Below, in pieces: positions 28,512-39,589 of a stretch of DNA of 64,000 nt. The translations under genes were made by a program, and so were the position numbers. This stretch comes from Desulfosudaceae bacterium (GTDB lineage Bacteria; Desulfobacterota; Desulfobacteria; Desulfobacterales; Desulfosudaceae), in the NCBI GenBank assembly GCA_963674745.2, contig CAXXDV010000001.1, forward strand, positions 1,728,001-1,792,000, in the 5' to 3' direction. The notes under the pieces are model-generated. The model saw nothing but the letters and a program-made list of their open reading frames with translations. It was not told the DNA's origin and searched no databases. Every line of letters begins with the position of its first letter. Within the stretch, counting starts at the first letter, position 1.

Positions 28512-30287
28512 ATGACCATCTCGAATACCTCATCGTTCAAGGGACATCTGGCGCCATTAATCTTTCTTGTCATAATGTCCTGCGGGCTGTATGTGAATAC
28601 CCTGCCCAACGATTTCATGTGGGATGACACCAATCTTATTCAGCATAACCGGCACATTCAATCGCTTGCCAATACACCGCTTTTTTTTACCCCCCATTAC
28701 TGGAACGATCTGCATCCTTATCCCGGCCTGGGCCAGTACCGGCCCGTCCGAACGGTGACATTCGCGTTGGATTATGCCCTCTGGGGATTGGCACCCTCCG
28801 GTTATCATACCACCAATCTGTTGTTGAACATAGTGATGGTCCTGCTGGTCTATTTTTTTGTTTACCGGCTCGGAGCGGCACACAGCTTCGGCGCAGCCGA
28901 AAAGCGCCCTTTCGGCCACATGCTGCTGCCTTTGTCAGTGGCGGTTATTTTTGGCGCCCATCCGGTGCATGTTGAATCAGTGGCGTATGTGAAGAACCGG
29001 TCCGACCTGCTGGCCCTGATATTTTGTCTTTGCGCCTTTTTGTTGTTTATGGCATATCCCGGCCGGAAGCAACGGAAAGAACGCGTTACCGTTTATATCG
29101 GGGCGCTGTTCTTTTTCGTTCTGGCCCTTCTTTCCAAGGAGATCGCCGTCACTCTGCCTTTGTTACTGATGGCTTATGTCTATTGTTTTCTGCCGAAAGA
29201 GGAGTGGGCGGGCGGCTTTATCCGAACGGTCCCTTTTTGGGGCGGTGTGGCGCTGTTTTTCTGGTTTCGGCACGTTTTTCTGGAAATCCTGAGTGAAGAG
29301 AACGTCCATTTCAACGCCTTTCAACATCTGCTGGTTGTTGTTAAAACAATGGGCTGGTATTTTCAAAAGCTGATTTGGCCGGTCCACCTGAATGCCGAAC
29401 ATGTTTTTATTGTTCCCGATTCCGTTCTGGAGCCGGCCGTTTTTTCGGCTGTTATTGGATTGTGCGTTTTTGGCGCGGCATTGATTTTCGGATTGAAAAA
29501 ATCAAAATGGGTTTTGTTTGCCCTGTGCTGGCTTTTATTAACCCTTGCTCCCGTGTCCAATATTATTTTTCTGGCATCACGCCCTATCGCCGAGCAGCGC
29601 CTGCTTTTTCCCTCGCTGGGGTTCGGCCTTCTGTTAGGGTTGGGTTTTATGAAAATCATGGACCGGAATACCCGGTCGATTTATCGAGACGGCCCGGTCG
29701 TGGGGGGATTGTTGGCCATGGCGCTTTTGCTCGGGTTTTATTCCATTCAGACCGTCAGGCGGAACGCGGACTGGCAGGATCCCCTGACATTTTACTCGAA
29801 AACGGTTGCGGATTCCCCGGACAGTTCCCGCGCGCAGTTAAATTTAGGCGTCGCCCTTGCGGACCTGGGGCGGCTGGACGAAGCAATGGACCGCTATCGG
29901 AACGCCCTGAGGCTTAAGCCGGATTATGCCATGGCATATTACAAGATCGGTAACGTGTTAATGAAAAAAAATCGGTTGGCGGAAGCGGTCGAATATTACG
30001 AAAAAGCGATCAAAATAAGACCTGGTTATGCCCATGCCTACAATAATAAGGGGGTGGCCATGATGCGACTCGGCCGGATCGAACAGGCGATACCTTTTTT
30101 TTCCAAAGCCACCGCCCTGATGCCGGATTATGTCGAGGCCTGGAATAATTATGGGGCGGCACTGGCAAACACCGGTCAATACAGGCAGGCGGCGAAATGT
30201 TTTGCCAGGGCATTGGAAATTGATCCGGAGTCCAGGGAGGCCGCTGGAAATTTAAGAAAGTTGAGCGGAATTAAATTTGAAAGATAG
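28512..30287 (+). CDS. TMTC-like GT-C membrane protein with C-terminal TPRs
   Basis: DFMWDD...YRP, HPVHVESVAY...RSDLL, LALLSKE, AEQRL, RNADW, then TPR repeats. Confidence 0.85.
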   Translation: MTISNTSSFKGHLAPLIFLVIMSCGLYVNTLPNDFMWDDTNLIQHNRHIQSLANTPLFFTPHYWNDLHPYPGLGQYRPVRTVTFALDYALWGLAPSGYHTTNLLLNIVMVLLVYFFVYRLGAAHSFGAAEKRPFGHMLLPLSVAVIFGAHPVHVESVAYVKNRSDLLALIFCLCAFLLFMAYPGRKQRKERVTVYIGALFFFVLALLSKEIAVTLPLLLMAYVYCFLPKEEWAGGFIRTVPFWGGVALFFWFRHVFLEILSEENVHFNAFQHLLVVVKTMGWYFQKLIWPVHLNAEHVFIVPDSVLEPAVFSAVIGLCVFGAALIFGLKKSKWVLFALCWLLLTLAPVSNIIFLASRPIAEQRLLFPSLGFGLLLGLGFMKIMDRNTRSIYRDGPVVGGLLAMALLLGFYSIQTVRRNADWQDPLTFYSKTVADSPDSSRAQLNLGVALADLGRLDEAMDRYRNALRLKPDYAMAYYKIGNVLMKKNRLAEAVEYYEKAIKIRPGYAHAYNNKGVAMMRLGRIEQAIPFFSKATALMPDYVEAWNNYGAALANTGQYRQAAKCFARALEIDPESREAAGNLRKLSGIKFER

Positions 30288-30349
30288 TGTCATGCCACTT
30301 TGTCGGTTTTTAAAACGCTAAAAGAAAAAGTTGCAGGAAGGCAAGTCCG

Positions 30350-30793
30350 TCAGAAGGCCCCGGCCGTCATAATCAGCAGGGCATATCGAAAGGCTTTGCC
30401 GCAAATCACCCAGAACAGAAAAATAACCAGATTGAGCTTCAATCCTCCGGCCACAACGGTTAATGGATCGCCGATTACCGGGACCCAGGCAAAGAATAAA
30501 ACAGGTGAGCCCCACTTCTGAAAATGATTTTCAACATTCTGACGTTTATCGGGATTCACGGTGATATAACGTGAAAGGATAAAGTCTGTTCCGTACTTGC
30601 CGACATAATAATTAAGGACCGCACCAAGGGTGTTGCCTGTTGTGGCTGTGGCAAAGACGATGAACGGGTTGTAGCCCAGAAGCGTCATGGTGACGACAAA
30701 AATCTCAGAACCAATCGGCACCAGTGTGGCTGCCAGAAAGCTGACAATAAAAAGCCCTGCGTATCCGGACTGAAAAATCAGGTCTTCCATCAA
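30350..30793 (-). CDS. YqaA/DedA (VTT domain) membrane protein
   Basis: SFLAATLVPIGSE...GNTLGAVLNY...WVPVIGDPLTVVAG. Confidence 0.9.
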   Translation of the reverse strand: MMEDLIFQSGYAGLFIVSFLAATLVPIGSEIFVVTMTLLGYNPFIVFATATTGNTLGAVLNYYVGKYGTDFILSRYITVNPDKRQNVENHFQKWGSPVLFFAWVPVIGDPLTVVAGGLKLNLVIFLFWVICGKAFRYALLIMTAGAF

Positions 30794-30950
30794 CCCGGTA
30801 CGTTCCCTTGGATGTTGTTGAAGGCGTTATTGCTTCGGCGTTTCATGCGGACGGTGTACGTGCGTCAATAAATAAGGGCACCACTAAAAAAGTATTTTTA
30901 GAGATGCCCTTAAGTTTTAAAAGTATGTCACGGTAATGGAGTATAAGAAA

Positions 30951-31235
30951 TTACTCGCCGGTTACGACAACGGTGACTTTCTGGACAATATTAAGAAAGT
31001 TTGACACCTGGACATCGACGGTCGAGATCCGGGTAATATTCCCGTTTCTGGCGGCAGCCGGGATGTTGGCGCCCGAAGCGTCTCCGAACAAACCAAAGTA
31101 GATGTTGTCACTGGCCCGTCCGACTTTGGGGCCGAGTTCGTTTCCGGTGGCCACCATGGGAAAGGGGTACGTCGCGCAAGACGCCAGTGTAACCACCATT
31201 AACAGGCAACCGATAACTGCGATTATTTTTTTCAT
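30951..31235 (-). CDS. TRL-like family lipoprotein
   Basis: Lipobox LASC; KVGRAS...GDAS...AARNGNITRISTVD...VTGE; start at 31235. Confidence 0.75.
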   Translation of the reverse strand: MKKIIAVIGCLLMVVTLASCATYPFPMVATGNELGPKVGRASDNIYFGLFGDASGANIPAAARNGNITRISTVDVQVSNFLNIVQKVTVVVTGE

Positions 31236-31386
31236 ACTTTTCCCCTTATATTTGCGTATTGATAAAAAAATATGATGATTTTTTACTATAAATGATTCAG
31301 GTTTGAAAATACAAGATTTTATTGGCGGAATGGGTTGGTAACGGAAACGTTTTCCGGCTGTATAACAGTTGGTGAAAAAAAATCGT

Positions 31387-32979
31387 CTACAGGTAGTCAT
31401 GCCATGACCAGAGGACCCGGCCGCTGTCAAAGTGGAAGACAAAACTGTCTCTGCTTTTCGCCCATTGAAGTGCCTGGACCACCCGTGCGGCATCATATTC
31501 GGTAAGATGACAGACCCGTTCGGCCAGTGTATTCAGCAGGGCTTCTTCATCGGGCTTGTCCCCTTCGCCGATCGCCCAGGTGCCGTATTCTTCCAGCGCG
31601 GATGTCATCATCAGGTCATAGAGGATGACGGTATTTTCAAGGCCGATTAATGACCAGGCCTCTTCCTCGGTGGCGGTACCGGCTTTTATTTTTTCTTTCA
31701 CGTCACCCAGGTACAAATCGTATTCATCCTTCCACTGGCCGGCAATCCGGTCCATCAGGGCGGCGTCGGCCCGGTCGGTCTCGACAATGGCCTTGTTGGC
31801 ATGATATTCCCGCCAGTCATGGCTGAGAATATGAATGCCCAGCTCTTCGGCCCGGTCCCGGATCTCAGTCCCGGGAAAAGGCGCCAGCAGATGAAAGCCG
31901 TAAGAGGCGCCCATGGCCTTGATCTTTTCGCCGAACAGCCTGGTTTCTTCTATGGTTTCCGGGGTTTCGCCGGGAAGCCCGAGAATGAACGAGACATGGG
32001 GCAGTACATCGGCCTCGGCACAGGCCTTGATGGCTGCTTCAACCTGTTCGAGAGTAATGCCTTTTTTAATCGTCTTGAGCATTTCCGGGTTGGCGGTTTC
32101 CACCCCGAAGCTGACCGCTACACAGCCGGCTTGCTTCATTTTTTTCAAAAGCTCAGGGCTGACCAGGTCCACCCGGGCAAAAGAGGACCATTTGATGTTA
32201 AGGTTCCGCCGCAGGATCTCATCGCACACGCCAAAACAGTGCGAGCGGCTGGCGGTAAAAAGATCATCGGCGATATTGATCTGATTGAAGTTCAAGCCCT
32301 TCAGGTAAGCCAGTTCATCGACCACGGCAACCGGGTCCCGATAGCGGACTTTGGCGCCGACCATTTTTCGGCCCACGCAGAAGATGCACTTGAACGGACA
32401 GCCCCGGCTGGTGGTCATGCTGACCGGCATGTTCAGGGCCCGGTACCGTCCCAGGGGGATCATGTGCCTGGCCGGCATGGGCAGGGCTTTTACATCAACC
32501 GCGTATGGTTTGAATTCGGTGGTACGGATGGTGTCACCATCACGGAAGACAAGTCCCGGAACACGCCTCCAATCCCGATCACCGGCAATCGATTCGGCCA
32601 GTTGTACAATGGTGTCATCACCTTCACCCAGTACGATCATGTCCAGTTCCGGCAACGCGTTCAGCGTATCGTCGGCGCACATGGACACATGCGGGCCGCC
32701 CATCACCGTCACCATGGTTTCGTTTATGGCCTTGATATCGCGGACGATTATGGCGGCGTGATCAAAGGTCATGGTAACAGCAGTGATACCCACAAAGTCC
32801 GGGGAAAAGGACTTCAGCTTTGCTTCCAGAAACTCTTTGCTGTAGGGAAAAACAACGCAATCGAGCAGGTCCACTTCCACACCGGCTTGCTCCAGAACAG
32901 CGGCCAGGTAGGCCAGGCCCAGGGGCGGGGACGGGGTCTCGGAGATCGGGTAATGCGGGTTAATCAGTAAACATTTCAT
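31387..32979 (-). CDS. cobalamin-binding radical SAM protein
   Basis: PPLGLAYLAA, GGPHVS, TSRGCPFKCIFC. Confidence 0.92.
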   Translation of the reverse strand: MKCLLINPHYPISETPSPPLGLAYLAAVLEQAGVEVDLLDCVVFPYSKEFLEAKLKSFSPDFVGITAVTMTFDHAAIIVRDIKAINETMVTVMGGPHVSMCADDTLNALPELDMIVLGEGDDTIVQLAESIAGDRDWRRVPGLVFRDGDTIRTTEFKPYAVDVKALPMPARHMIPLGRYRALNMPVSMTTSRGCPFKCIFCVGRKMVGAKVRYRDPVAVVDELAYLKGLNFNQINIADDLFTASRSHCFGVCDEILRRNLNIKWSSFARVDLVSPELLKKMKQAGCVAVSFGVETANPEMLKTIKKGITLEQVEAAIKACAEADVLPHVSFILGLPGETPETIEETRLFGEKIKAMGASYGFHLLAPFPGTEIRDRAEELGIHILSHDWREYHANKAIVETDRADAALMDRIAGQWKDEYDLYLGDVKEKIKAGTATEEEAWSLIGLENTVILYDLMMTSALEEYGTWAIGEGDKPDEEALLNTLAERVCHLTEYDAARVVQALQWAKSRDSFVFHFDSGRVLWSWHDYL

Positions 32980-33008
32980 GGCATTTTCAAGTCACTGACA
33001 CGTAATAC

Positions 33009-33149
33009 GTTTCCAATCCAGAAATGAGATTTTTTTCGCAAGGTCAAGGAAAACAAGGGCTGACGCGGAGGCGTACTGTTGTACGCCGCACAAGGAAGCC
33101 CGCAGTTTGACGCAGAGATTGCGGAAAAAGGCCATTTATGGATGGAAAC
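33009..33149. repeat. ~140 bp palindromic interspersed repeat (MITE/REP-like)
   Basis: Termini GTTTCCAATCCAGAAATG/CATTTATGGATGGAAAC; central GGCGTAC-TGTT-GTACGCC. Confidence 0.65.
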
Positions 33150-33152
33150 TGG

Positions 33153-33189
33153 AAAAAAGCAGGGCCCGGGAGGTAAACCCGGACCCTGC
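33153..33189 (-). terminator. rho-independent terminator of fhs
   Basis: GCAGGGCCCGGG/CCCGGACCCTGC stem next to A6 on the + strand. Confidence 0.7.
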
Positions 33190-33217
33190 CTGTCAGCTTC
33201 AGAACAAATTCCCTGTA

Positions 33218-34981
33218 TTAGAACAGGCCGGATACCTTACCGGTAGCCGGATCAACGTCAATGCGACGGAAGGCCGGGTTGGAACCGGTTCCCGGCATCA
33301 GGCTGATGGTTCCCGCGCACGGGCACAGGAATTTGGCGCCGGAGTAAATCAGCACGTCGCGGATCGGCAGCCGCCATCCCTTGGGCACACCCTTTTTGAC
33401 CGGGTCGTGGGTAAGGGACAGATGGGTCTTGACCATCATGGTGGCGAAGTCGGCGTACTTGGGATCGTTTTCCAGCATTTCGGCCTTGGCCGTTGCTTCC
33501 GGAGCCCAGTCCACACCGTCGGCACCGTAAACTTCCTTGGCGATCTTGTCAACGCGGTCTCGCAGCTTCATATCCAGCGGATACAGGAAGTCAAAGTCGT
33601 TTCCTTCTTCACAGGCGTCGATAACGGCATCGGCAAATTCAAGGGCGCCTTCGCCGCCTTTTTCCCAGTGTTTGGACTCGGCGCAACGGGCGCCGGCAGC
33701 CTCGGCCGCCTTTTTAACGATGGCGACTTCGGCATCGGTGTCGGTGTAGAAGCGGTTGACGCACACAACCGGGTTGATACCGGCTTTGCGGATAACGCCG
33801 ATCATGTGAACCATGTTTTCCACGCCCTTTTCCACCAGTTCCAGGTTCTCTTTGGTGTAGGCGTCGTCAAGGGCTTTACCGGCCACAACCTTGGGCCCGC
33901 CGCCGTGCATTTTCAGGGCGCGGATGGTCGCGGTCAGAACGGAAACATGCGGTTTCAGTCCGGAGAACCGGCATTTGACGTTCCAGAATTTTTCAAAACC
34001 GATGTCAGCGGCAAAACCGGACTCGGTGACGTGGTAATCAAAGCATTTCAGGCCGACACGGTCGGCGATAATGGAGCTCTGACCAACGGCGATGTTGGCG
34101 AACGGACCGGCGTGCACAAAGCAGGGCTGATATTCGGCGGTGCACATCAGGGTCGGGTTGATGGTGTTACGCATGAAAGCCGCCATGGCGTTGCCCACTT
34201 CCAGGTCACCACAGGTAACCGGCTTGCCGTCTTTGGAGAAAGCCACGGTGATCTTGTTGATACGATCCTTCAGGTCGGCCAGATCGGTGGCCACGGCCAG
34301 GATGGCCATCAGCTCGGAACCAACCGCGATACCGAACTTGGACTGCATGGTGTAACCGTCGAAACGGCCGCCAAGGCCGATGACGATGTTGCGCAGGGCC
34401 TGGGCGCAGAAGTCGATGATCCAGCCGAACTCCACCCGGGTCGGGTCGATGTCCAGACGGCGCATGCCGGTCAGTCGCTGGAGTTGCTCATCATTATAGT
34501 TACGCTCATGCTGCATACGGGCGGTCATGGCGACCATACCCAGGTTGTGAGCGTTCATGATGTCGTTTATGTCACCGGTCAGACCCAGTGAAAACTCGGT
34601 CATGGGGATCAGCAGTGAGTTGCCGCCGCCGGCCGCGGTGCCTTTAACGTTCATGGTCGGGCCGCCAGAAGGCTGACGCAGGGCGCCGCCCACGTTTTTG
34701 CCACGCTTGCCAAGGCCTTCCATCAGACCTACGGAAGTGGTGCTTTTGCCCTCGCCCAGGGGGGTCGGGGTGATAGCGGTAACCTCGATGTACTTTCCAT
34801 CGGGTTTGTCCTTAAGACGGTCGATCACCTTGAGAAAGTCAATCTTTGCAAGGCGTCCCATGGGGAGCATTTCATCTTTCTGCAGCCCTAGTTTTTCCTG
34901 CCACTCTTCGGGCATGGGCATGTTTTTTTCCGCTTCTTCGGAAATCTGCCAGTCGGCCATTTTTGTTGCGTCGTAAGCCAT
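33218..34981 (-). CDS. fhs: formate--tetrahydrofolate ligase
   Basis: [63 protein letters not shown]. Confidence 0.97.
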   Translation of the reverse strand: MAYDATKMADWQISEEAEKNMPMPEEWQEKLGLQKDEMLPMGRLAKIDFLKVIDRLKDKPDGKYIEVTAITPTPLGEGKSTTSVGLMEGLGKRGKNVGGALRQPSGGPTMNVKGTAAGGGNSLLIPMTEFSLGLTGDINDIMNAHNLGMVAMTARMQHERNYNDEQLQRLTGMRRLDIDPTRVEFGWIIDFCAQALRNIVIGLGGRFDGYTMQSKFGIAVGSELMAILAVATDLADLKDRINKITVAFSKDGKPVTCGDLEVGNAMAAFMRNTINPTLMCTAEYQPCFVHAGPFANIAVGQSSIIADRVGLKCFDYHVTESGFAADIGFEKFWNVKCRFSGLKPHVSVLTATIRALKMHGGGPKVVAGKALDDAYTKENLELVEKGVENMVHMIGVIRKAGINPVVCVNRFYTDTDAEVAIVKKAAEAAGARCAESKHWEKGGEGALEFADAVIDACEEGNDFDFLYPLDMKLRDRVDKIAKEVYGADGVDWAPEATAKAEMLENDPKYADFATMMVKTHLSLTHDPVKKGVPKGWRLPIRDVLIYSGAKFLCPCAGTISLMPGTGSNPAFRRIDVDPATGKVSGLF

Positions 34982-35302
34982 AGTTCCTCCTTAATGAATT
35001 AACCTGTTGCCAAAAATAAAAACAAAAAACCTAATTTAAAGCACGTCTAAACTCCTCTAACCATCTAATATGGTTAGAACTATTTGCATCAAAGCATGTA
35101 CGGAAAAAACAACAAAAAACAGCCTACCATCCTGATTTTTTTAAAGCAATTCTTTTTTACAATATTTACGATCCTCCGGTCAGCCTTTGAATGAAAAACT
35201 GCTGGCTTTTGCCATAAAAGTTGTTATATTTTAGATGATTTAAACGTTCGTGATGAAAACCGGCCGGAAAATCCGGTTTGTATAAAAATAGTGGATCTGT
35301 TT

Positions 35303-36760
35303 ATGGCGGTTTTAAAAAAGGAAAAGGCGGCACCGGCACTGTCTGAAAACCAGAAGGCGCTGCTCAAATCGGTGCCCGGTGTCGATACCGTTCTGGAATT
35401 GTTGAAAAAAGACAGAGGACTGGATGGTGTGCCGACGTCTGTTCTGACTGAATCGGTTCGGGCCGTTGTGGCGGAGTTCCGGGCGGCGCTTCTGGCGGCA
35501 GACGGGAATATATCGGCTGAAACCTTTTCTGCGGAAAAAGCGGCCCAAAAGGCGGCGCAAAAGGCCCACCAGGCCATGATGCCGAACCTTCAGCGAGTCA
35601 TTAACGCCACCGGCGTGGTCATCCATACCAACCTGGGCCGGTCCCTGCTGTCCCAAAAAGCGGCCGATCACCTGGTGAGTGTGGCCACCGGGTATTCCAA
35701 CCTGGAATTCGATCTGGCTTTGGGTAAACGGGGCATCCGTTACGCCTGCGTGGAGGACCTGCTGTGTGAACTTTCCGGAGCCGAAGCGGCCATGGCGGTG
35801 AATAATAATGCCGGGGCGGTGCTGCTGGCCCTGGAAAGCCTGGCCAAGGGCCGGGAAGTGATCGTTTCCCGCGGGGAACTGGTTGAAATCGGCGGTTCTT
35901 TCCGCATCCCCGACGTGATGAAAAAAAGCGGGGCCATTTTAAGGGAGGTGGGCACCACCAACCGGACCCACCTGCGGGATTATGAAAATGCCATTACCGA
36001 AAACACGGCCCTGTTGATGAAGGTTCATACCAGCAATTACAGCATGGTCGGGTTTACCGCGGAAGTTTCTATGAAAGATATGGTCGCCCTGGGTAAAAAA
36101 CACGGTCTGCCCGTGATAAACGACCTGGGCAGCGGTACCCTGGTGGATTTCAGCCAATATGGTCTTGCCTATGAACCCACCGTGGGCGAGGCGGTGGCCG
36201 CCGGCGCCGATGTGGTCACCTTCAGCGGCGACAAACTGCTGGGCGGTCCCCAGACCGGGATCATCCTGGGGAAAAAGGAACACCTGGCGACACTCAAGCA
36301 AAACCCCCTGACCCGGGCCCTTCGTATCGACAAATTGACTCTGGCCGCCCTGGAAATGACCTTGAGAGATTACCGGGACCTGGACAAGGCCGTGGATGCC
36401 ATTCCGACGCTGAAGATGATTATCATGCCGGCCGGGCAGGTCCTTGAAAAATGTGAAAAACTGGCGGAACTGTTTTCTTCACTGAATGACGCCCGCCTGA
36501 AGACTGAAATCGTGGACGGTGTCTCCCGCACCGGCGGCGGTTCTTTCCCTTTGCTTGATATCCCCACCAGGTGCGTGGCTGTCAAAATCAAGGGAATGTC
36601 GGCTGCCCGGCTGGAAACCGCCCTGCGCCGTGCCCGGCCGCCGGTTATCGGCAGGATTGAAAAAGAGACCTTTCTGATGGATTTGAGAACCGTGGCTGAT
36701 GATGAAATTTTCCTGATCAAAGAGACCTTTGAACACCTTCTGAACCAATTGACGTCATGA
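35303..36760 (+). CDS. selA: L-seryl-tRNA(Sec) selenium transferase
   Basis: VINATGVVIHTNLGRS, VNNNAGAV, SRGELVEIGGSFRIPDVM, FSGDKLLGGPQ. Confidence 0.97.
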   Translation: MAVLKKEKAAPALSENQKALLKSVPGVDTVLELLKKDRGLDGVPTSVLTESVRAVVAEFRAALLAADGNISAETFSAEKAAQKAAQKAHQAMMPNLQRVINATGVVIHTNLGRSLLSQKAADHLVSVATGYSNLEFDLALGKRGIRYACVEDLLCELSGAEAAMAVNNNAGAVLLALESLAKGREVIVSRGELVEIGGSFRIPDVMKKSGAILREVGTTNRTHLRDYENAITENTALLMKVHTSNYSMVGFTAEVSMKDMVALGKKHGLPVINDLGSGTLVDFSQYGLAYEPTVGEAVAAGADVVTFSGDKLLGGPQTGIILGKKEHLATLKQNPLTRALRIDKLTLAALEMTLRDYRDLDKAVDAIPTLKMIIMPAGQVLEKCEKLAELFSSLNDARLKTEIVDGVSRTGGGSFPLLDIPTRCVAVKIKGMSAARLETALRRARPPVIGRIEKETFLMDLRTVADDEIFLIKETFEHLLNQLTS

Positions 36761-36812
36761 CCCGGCCACGTCGGAAATCACGTATATTATAGAAATACAA
36801 GGAGTTTGAACT

Positions 36813-37046
36813 ATGCCAATTTTTGAATATCAATGCCAAACCTGCGGAAAACGCTTTGAATCCATTGTCATCGGCGGTGAAGAGCCGACCACCTGTGAAC
36901 ATTGCGGTGACAAGAAAATCCAGAAACTCATGTCCGCCTGTGGTTTTCACACCAAGGACAAAAGCGGCCTGACAGTCAAGAGTTCACCGGCTGCCGCCTC
37001 ATCCTGCGCCGGGTGCACGGCCTCGTCGTGCGCTTCCTGCCGCTAG
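36813..37046 (+). CDS. FmdB-family zinc ribbon protein
   Basis: MPIFEYQCQTCGKRFE...CEHCG. Confidence 0.88.
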   Translation: MPIFEYQCQTCGKRFESIVIGGEEPTTCEHCGDKKIQKLMSACGFHTKDKSGLTVKSSPAAASSCAGCTASSCASCR

Positions 37047-37055
37047 GGGGCGCTT

Positions 37056-37988
37056 ATGTCGGCAGATGCGCAACTTGTAAAAATCGGTACCAGGGGCAGC
37101 AAGCTGGCCCTGTGGCAGGCGAATTGGGTCAAGGACAGGCTCGAAGAGAACAATCCGGGCCTGTCCGTCGAACTGGTCATTATTAAAACCAGCGGGGATA
37201 AAATCCTGGATGTGCCGCTGGCCAACATCGGCGGCAAGGGCCTGTTCGTCAAAGAGATTGAAGAAGCCCTGATGGACGGTCGTATCGATCTGGCCGTGCA
37301 CAGCATGAAGGACATGCCGGCCGAGCTGCCGGAAGGGTTGATCATCGGTGCCGTGCCCGAGCGGGAAACCCCGTTTGACGCCCTGATTTCAAGGGGTGGT
37401 ATTTGTTTTTCCGACCTGCCGGAAGGGGCTGATCTTGGCACCAGCAGTCTGCGGCGGGCGGCCCAGATTCAGCATCTTCGTCCGGACATCACCATTGTTC
37501 CCCTGAGGGGCAATATCGATACCCGGCTGGCCAAACTCGAACGCGGAGAAATGGCGGCCATTATTCTGGCCTCGGCCGGGTTGACGCGACTGGGGCTGGC
37601 CGAAAAAATAACCGAGCAACTGGATGAAACAACCATGCTGCCGGCCGTGGCCCAGGGCGCCCTGTGTATTGAAACCCGGGAAAACGATTCCGAGGTCGAC
37701 AAACTGGTCGGTACCATCAACCATGGCAAAACGCATACGGCCGTTGTTGCCGAGCGCGCTTTTTTAAAACGGCTGGAAGGCGGATGCCAGGTGCCCATCG
37801 CCGCTTTGGCTAAAATAGATGGTGAGGCGATTTCCATGGACGGCCTGGTAGCGGATGTGGACGGCAGCAAGATCTTCCGCGAACAGATCAGCGGGTCAAC
37901 CGGCGCCGCCGCCGCCCTCGGCACGGAACTGGCCGAACGGCTGCTCTCTAAAGGGGCGGATGTGATTTTGACGAAATTGATGGATTAG
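37056..37988 (+). CDS. hemC: hydroxymethylbilane synthase
   Basis: IGTRGSKLALWQA, GGKGLFVKEIE, AVHSMKD, GTSSLRR, LEGGCQVPI. Confidence 0.97.
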   Translation: MSADAQLVKIGTRGSKLALWQANWVKDRLEENNPGLSVELVIIKTSGDKILDVPLANIGGKGLFVKEIEEALMDGRIDLAVHSMKDMPAELPEGLIIGAVPERETPFDALISRGGICFSDLPEGADLGTSSLRRAAQIQHLRPDITIVPLRGNIDTRLAKLERGEMAAIILASAGLTRLGLAEKITEQLDETTMLPAVAQGALCIETRENDSEVDKLVGTINHGKTHTAVVAERAFLKRLEGGCQVPIAALAKIDGEAISMDGLVADVDGSKIFREQISGSTGAAAALGTELAERLLSKGADVILTKLMD

Positions 37989-38011
37989 TACTTGAGGAAA
38001 CGGATAAACAT

Positions 38012-39538
38012 ATGACAGGTAAAGTATATTTGATCGGGGCCGGACCGGGTGACCCGGACCTCATCACCGTCAAAGGGGTGGAATGCATCCGCAGGGCCGA
38101 CGTGGTGGTCTATGACTACCTGGCCGCGGACCAGCTTCTGACCTACAGCCGCAAAGACGCGGAAATTATTTATGTCGGCAAGAAGGGCGGGGACCATACC
38201 CTGCCCCAGGAAGGGATTAACGCCCTTATCGCCGACAAGGCCGCCGAAGGCAACGTTGTCGCCCGGCTCAAGGGCGGTGACCCTTTTATCTTCGGCCGCG
38301 GTGGTGAAGAAGCCGAGTACCTGGTGGAACGGGGCATCCCCTTTGAAATCGTGCCCGGCGTCACCTCGGCCATTGCCGCGCCGGCCCATGCCGGTATTCC
38401 CCTGACCCATCGGGATTTTACCTCTTCGGTCTGCCTGGTGACCGGGCATGAAAAACCGGGCAAGGAAACGTCCAGCATCAACTGGCAGGCCCTGGTCGAC
38501 CTGGGCGGAACACTGGTATTTTTGATGGGGGTCAAGAACCTGCCCAACATCACCGAACAGCTCATGACCCACGGTATGGCGGCTGATATGCCGGTGGCCC
38601 TGGTCCGCTGGGGCTCTACACCGGAGCAGCAGACCGTGACCGGCACCCTGGCCGATATTGTCAGGATCGTTGAACAGGTCGGTTTAAAAGCCCCCTGTAT
38701 TATTGTCGTCGGCGCGGTGGTCGGCCTTCGCGAGACCATTTCCTGGTTCGAGAACCGCCCGTTGTTCGGCAAACGGATTGTGGTTACCCGTGCCCGGGCA
38801 CAGGCCAGCAATTTCGTCAAAATGCTGACGGAAAAAGGCGCCGACTGCCTGGAGTGCCCGACCATCCGGATCGAGGCGCCGGACGATTATTCACAACTGG
38901 ACAAAAGTCTGGATAACCTGTCGACTTATGATTGGCTGGTGTTTACCAGCGTCAACGGGGTTGACTTTTTTTTTGACCGGCTGTTTGACCGGGGAATGGA
39001 TGTCCGGGCCCTGCACCACATCAGCACGGCCGTTATCGGCCCGGCCACCCGTGATCGTTTGATGGGGTTCGGTATCAAGGCCGACATCATGCCGGACAGT
39101 TACCGGGCCGAATCCGTGGTCGAGGCCTTTGCGTCCCTGGACATGAAGGGTAAAAAGGTGCTGTTGCCCCGGGCAGCCGAAGCCCGGTATGTGCTTCCAA
39201 AAGAATTGACGGCCATGGGTGCCGGGGTGGATGAGATCCCGGTTTATTACACCCGCCAGGACGCGTCGGCCGCCGAAACCCTGCTGACAGCACTGGAAGC
39301 CCGCCAGGTGGACGCGGTCACTTTTACCAGCTCTTCCACGGTAAAAAATTTCAAAGCCCTGCTGCCGGCCGACAAAGCGGAAGTCGATCGCCTGCTGGAA
39401 GGGGTCGCCCTGGTCTCCATCGGCCCGATCACAAGCGAAACAGCCGAACAGGAAGGCTTTACGGTGGCCGTAACCGCCGACGAATACACCATTGAGGGAC
39501 TGACTGAAACAATTACCCGGTTTTTCTCATTGGGATAG
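38012..39538 (+). CDS. cobA: fused uroporphyrinogen-III C-methyltransferase/uroporphyrinogen-III synthase (CobA-HemD)
   Basis: GAGPGDPDLIT, RLKGGDPFIFGRGGEE; C-terminal VVTRA..QA, FTSVNGV, FTSSSTV. Confidence 0.95.
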   Translation: MTGKVYLIGAGPGDPDLITVKGVECIRRADVVVYDYLAADQLLTYSRKDAEIIYVGKKGGDHTLPQEGINALIADKAAEGNVVARLKGGDPFIFGRGGEEAEYLVERGIPFEIVPGVTSAIAAPAHAGIPLTHRDFTSSVCLVTGHEKPGKETSSINWQALVDLGGTLVFLMGVKNLPNITEQLMTHGMAADMPVALVRWGSTPEQQTVTGTLADIVRIVEQVGLKAPCIIVVGAVVGLRETISWFENRPLFGKRIVVTRARAQASNFVKMLTEKGADCLECPTIRIEAPDDYSQLDKSLDNLSTYDWLVFTSVNGVDFFFDRLFDRGMDVRALHHISTAVIGPATRDRLMGFGIKADIMPDSYRAESVVEAFASLDMKGKKVLLPRAAEARYVLPKELTAMGAGVDEIPVYYTRQDASAAETLLTALEARQVDAVTFTSSSTVKNFKALLPADKAEVDRLLEGVALVSIGPITSETAEQEGFTVAVTADEYTIEGLTETITRFFSLG

Positions 39539-39589
39539 TTGTAAAACTTCATTTTTTTAATACGGACCAGCCAAATAAAGGGGAAACTT

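Noticed and set aside
31801..34591. 389 aa and 494 aa plus-strand ORFs
   Set aside because: Antisense shadows of the radical SAM gene and fhs.
35303..37046. Selenoprotein or tRNA-Sec near selA
   Set aside because: I found no in-frame UGA read-through candidate, SECIS or tRNA cloverleaf by eye.
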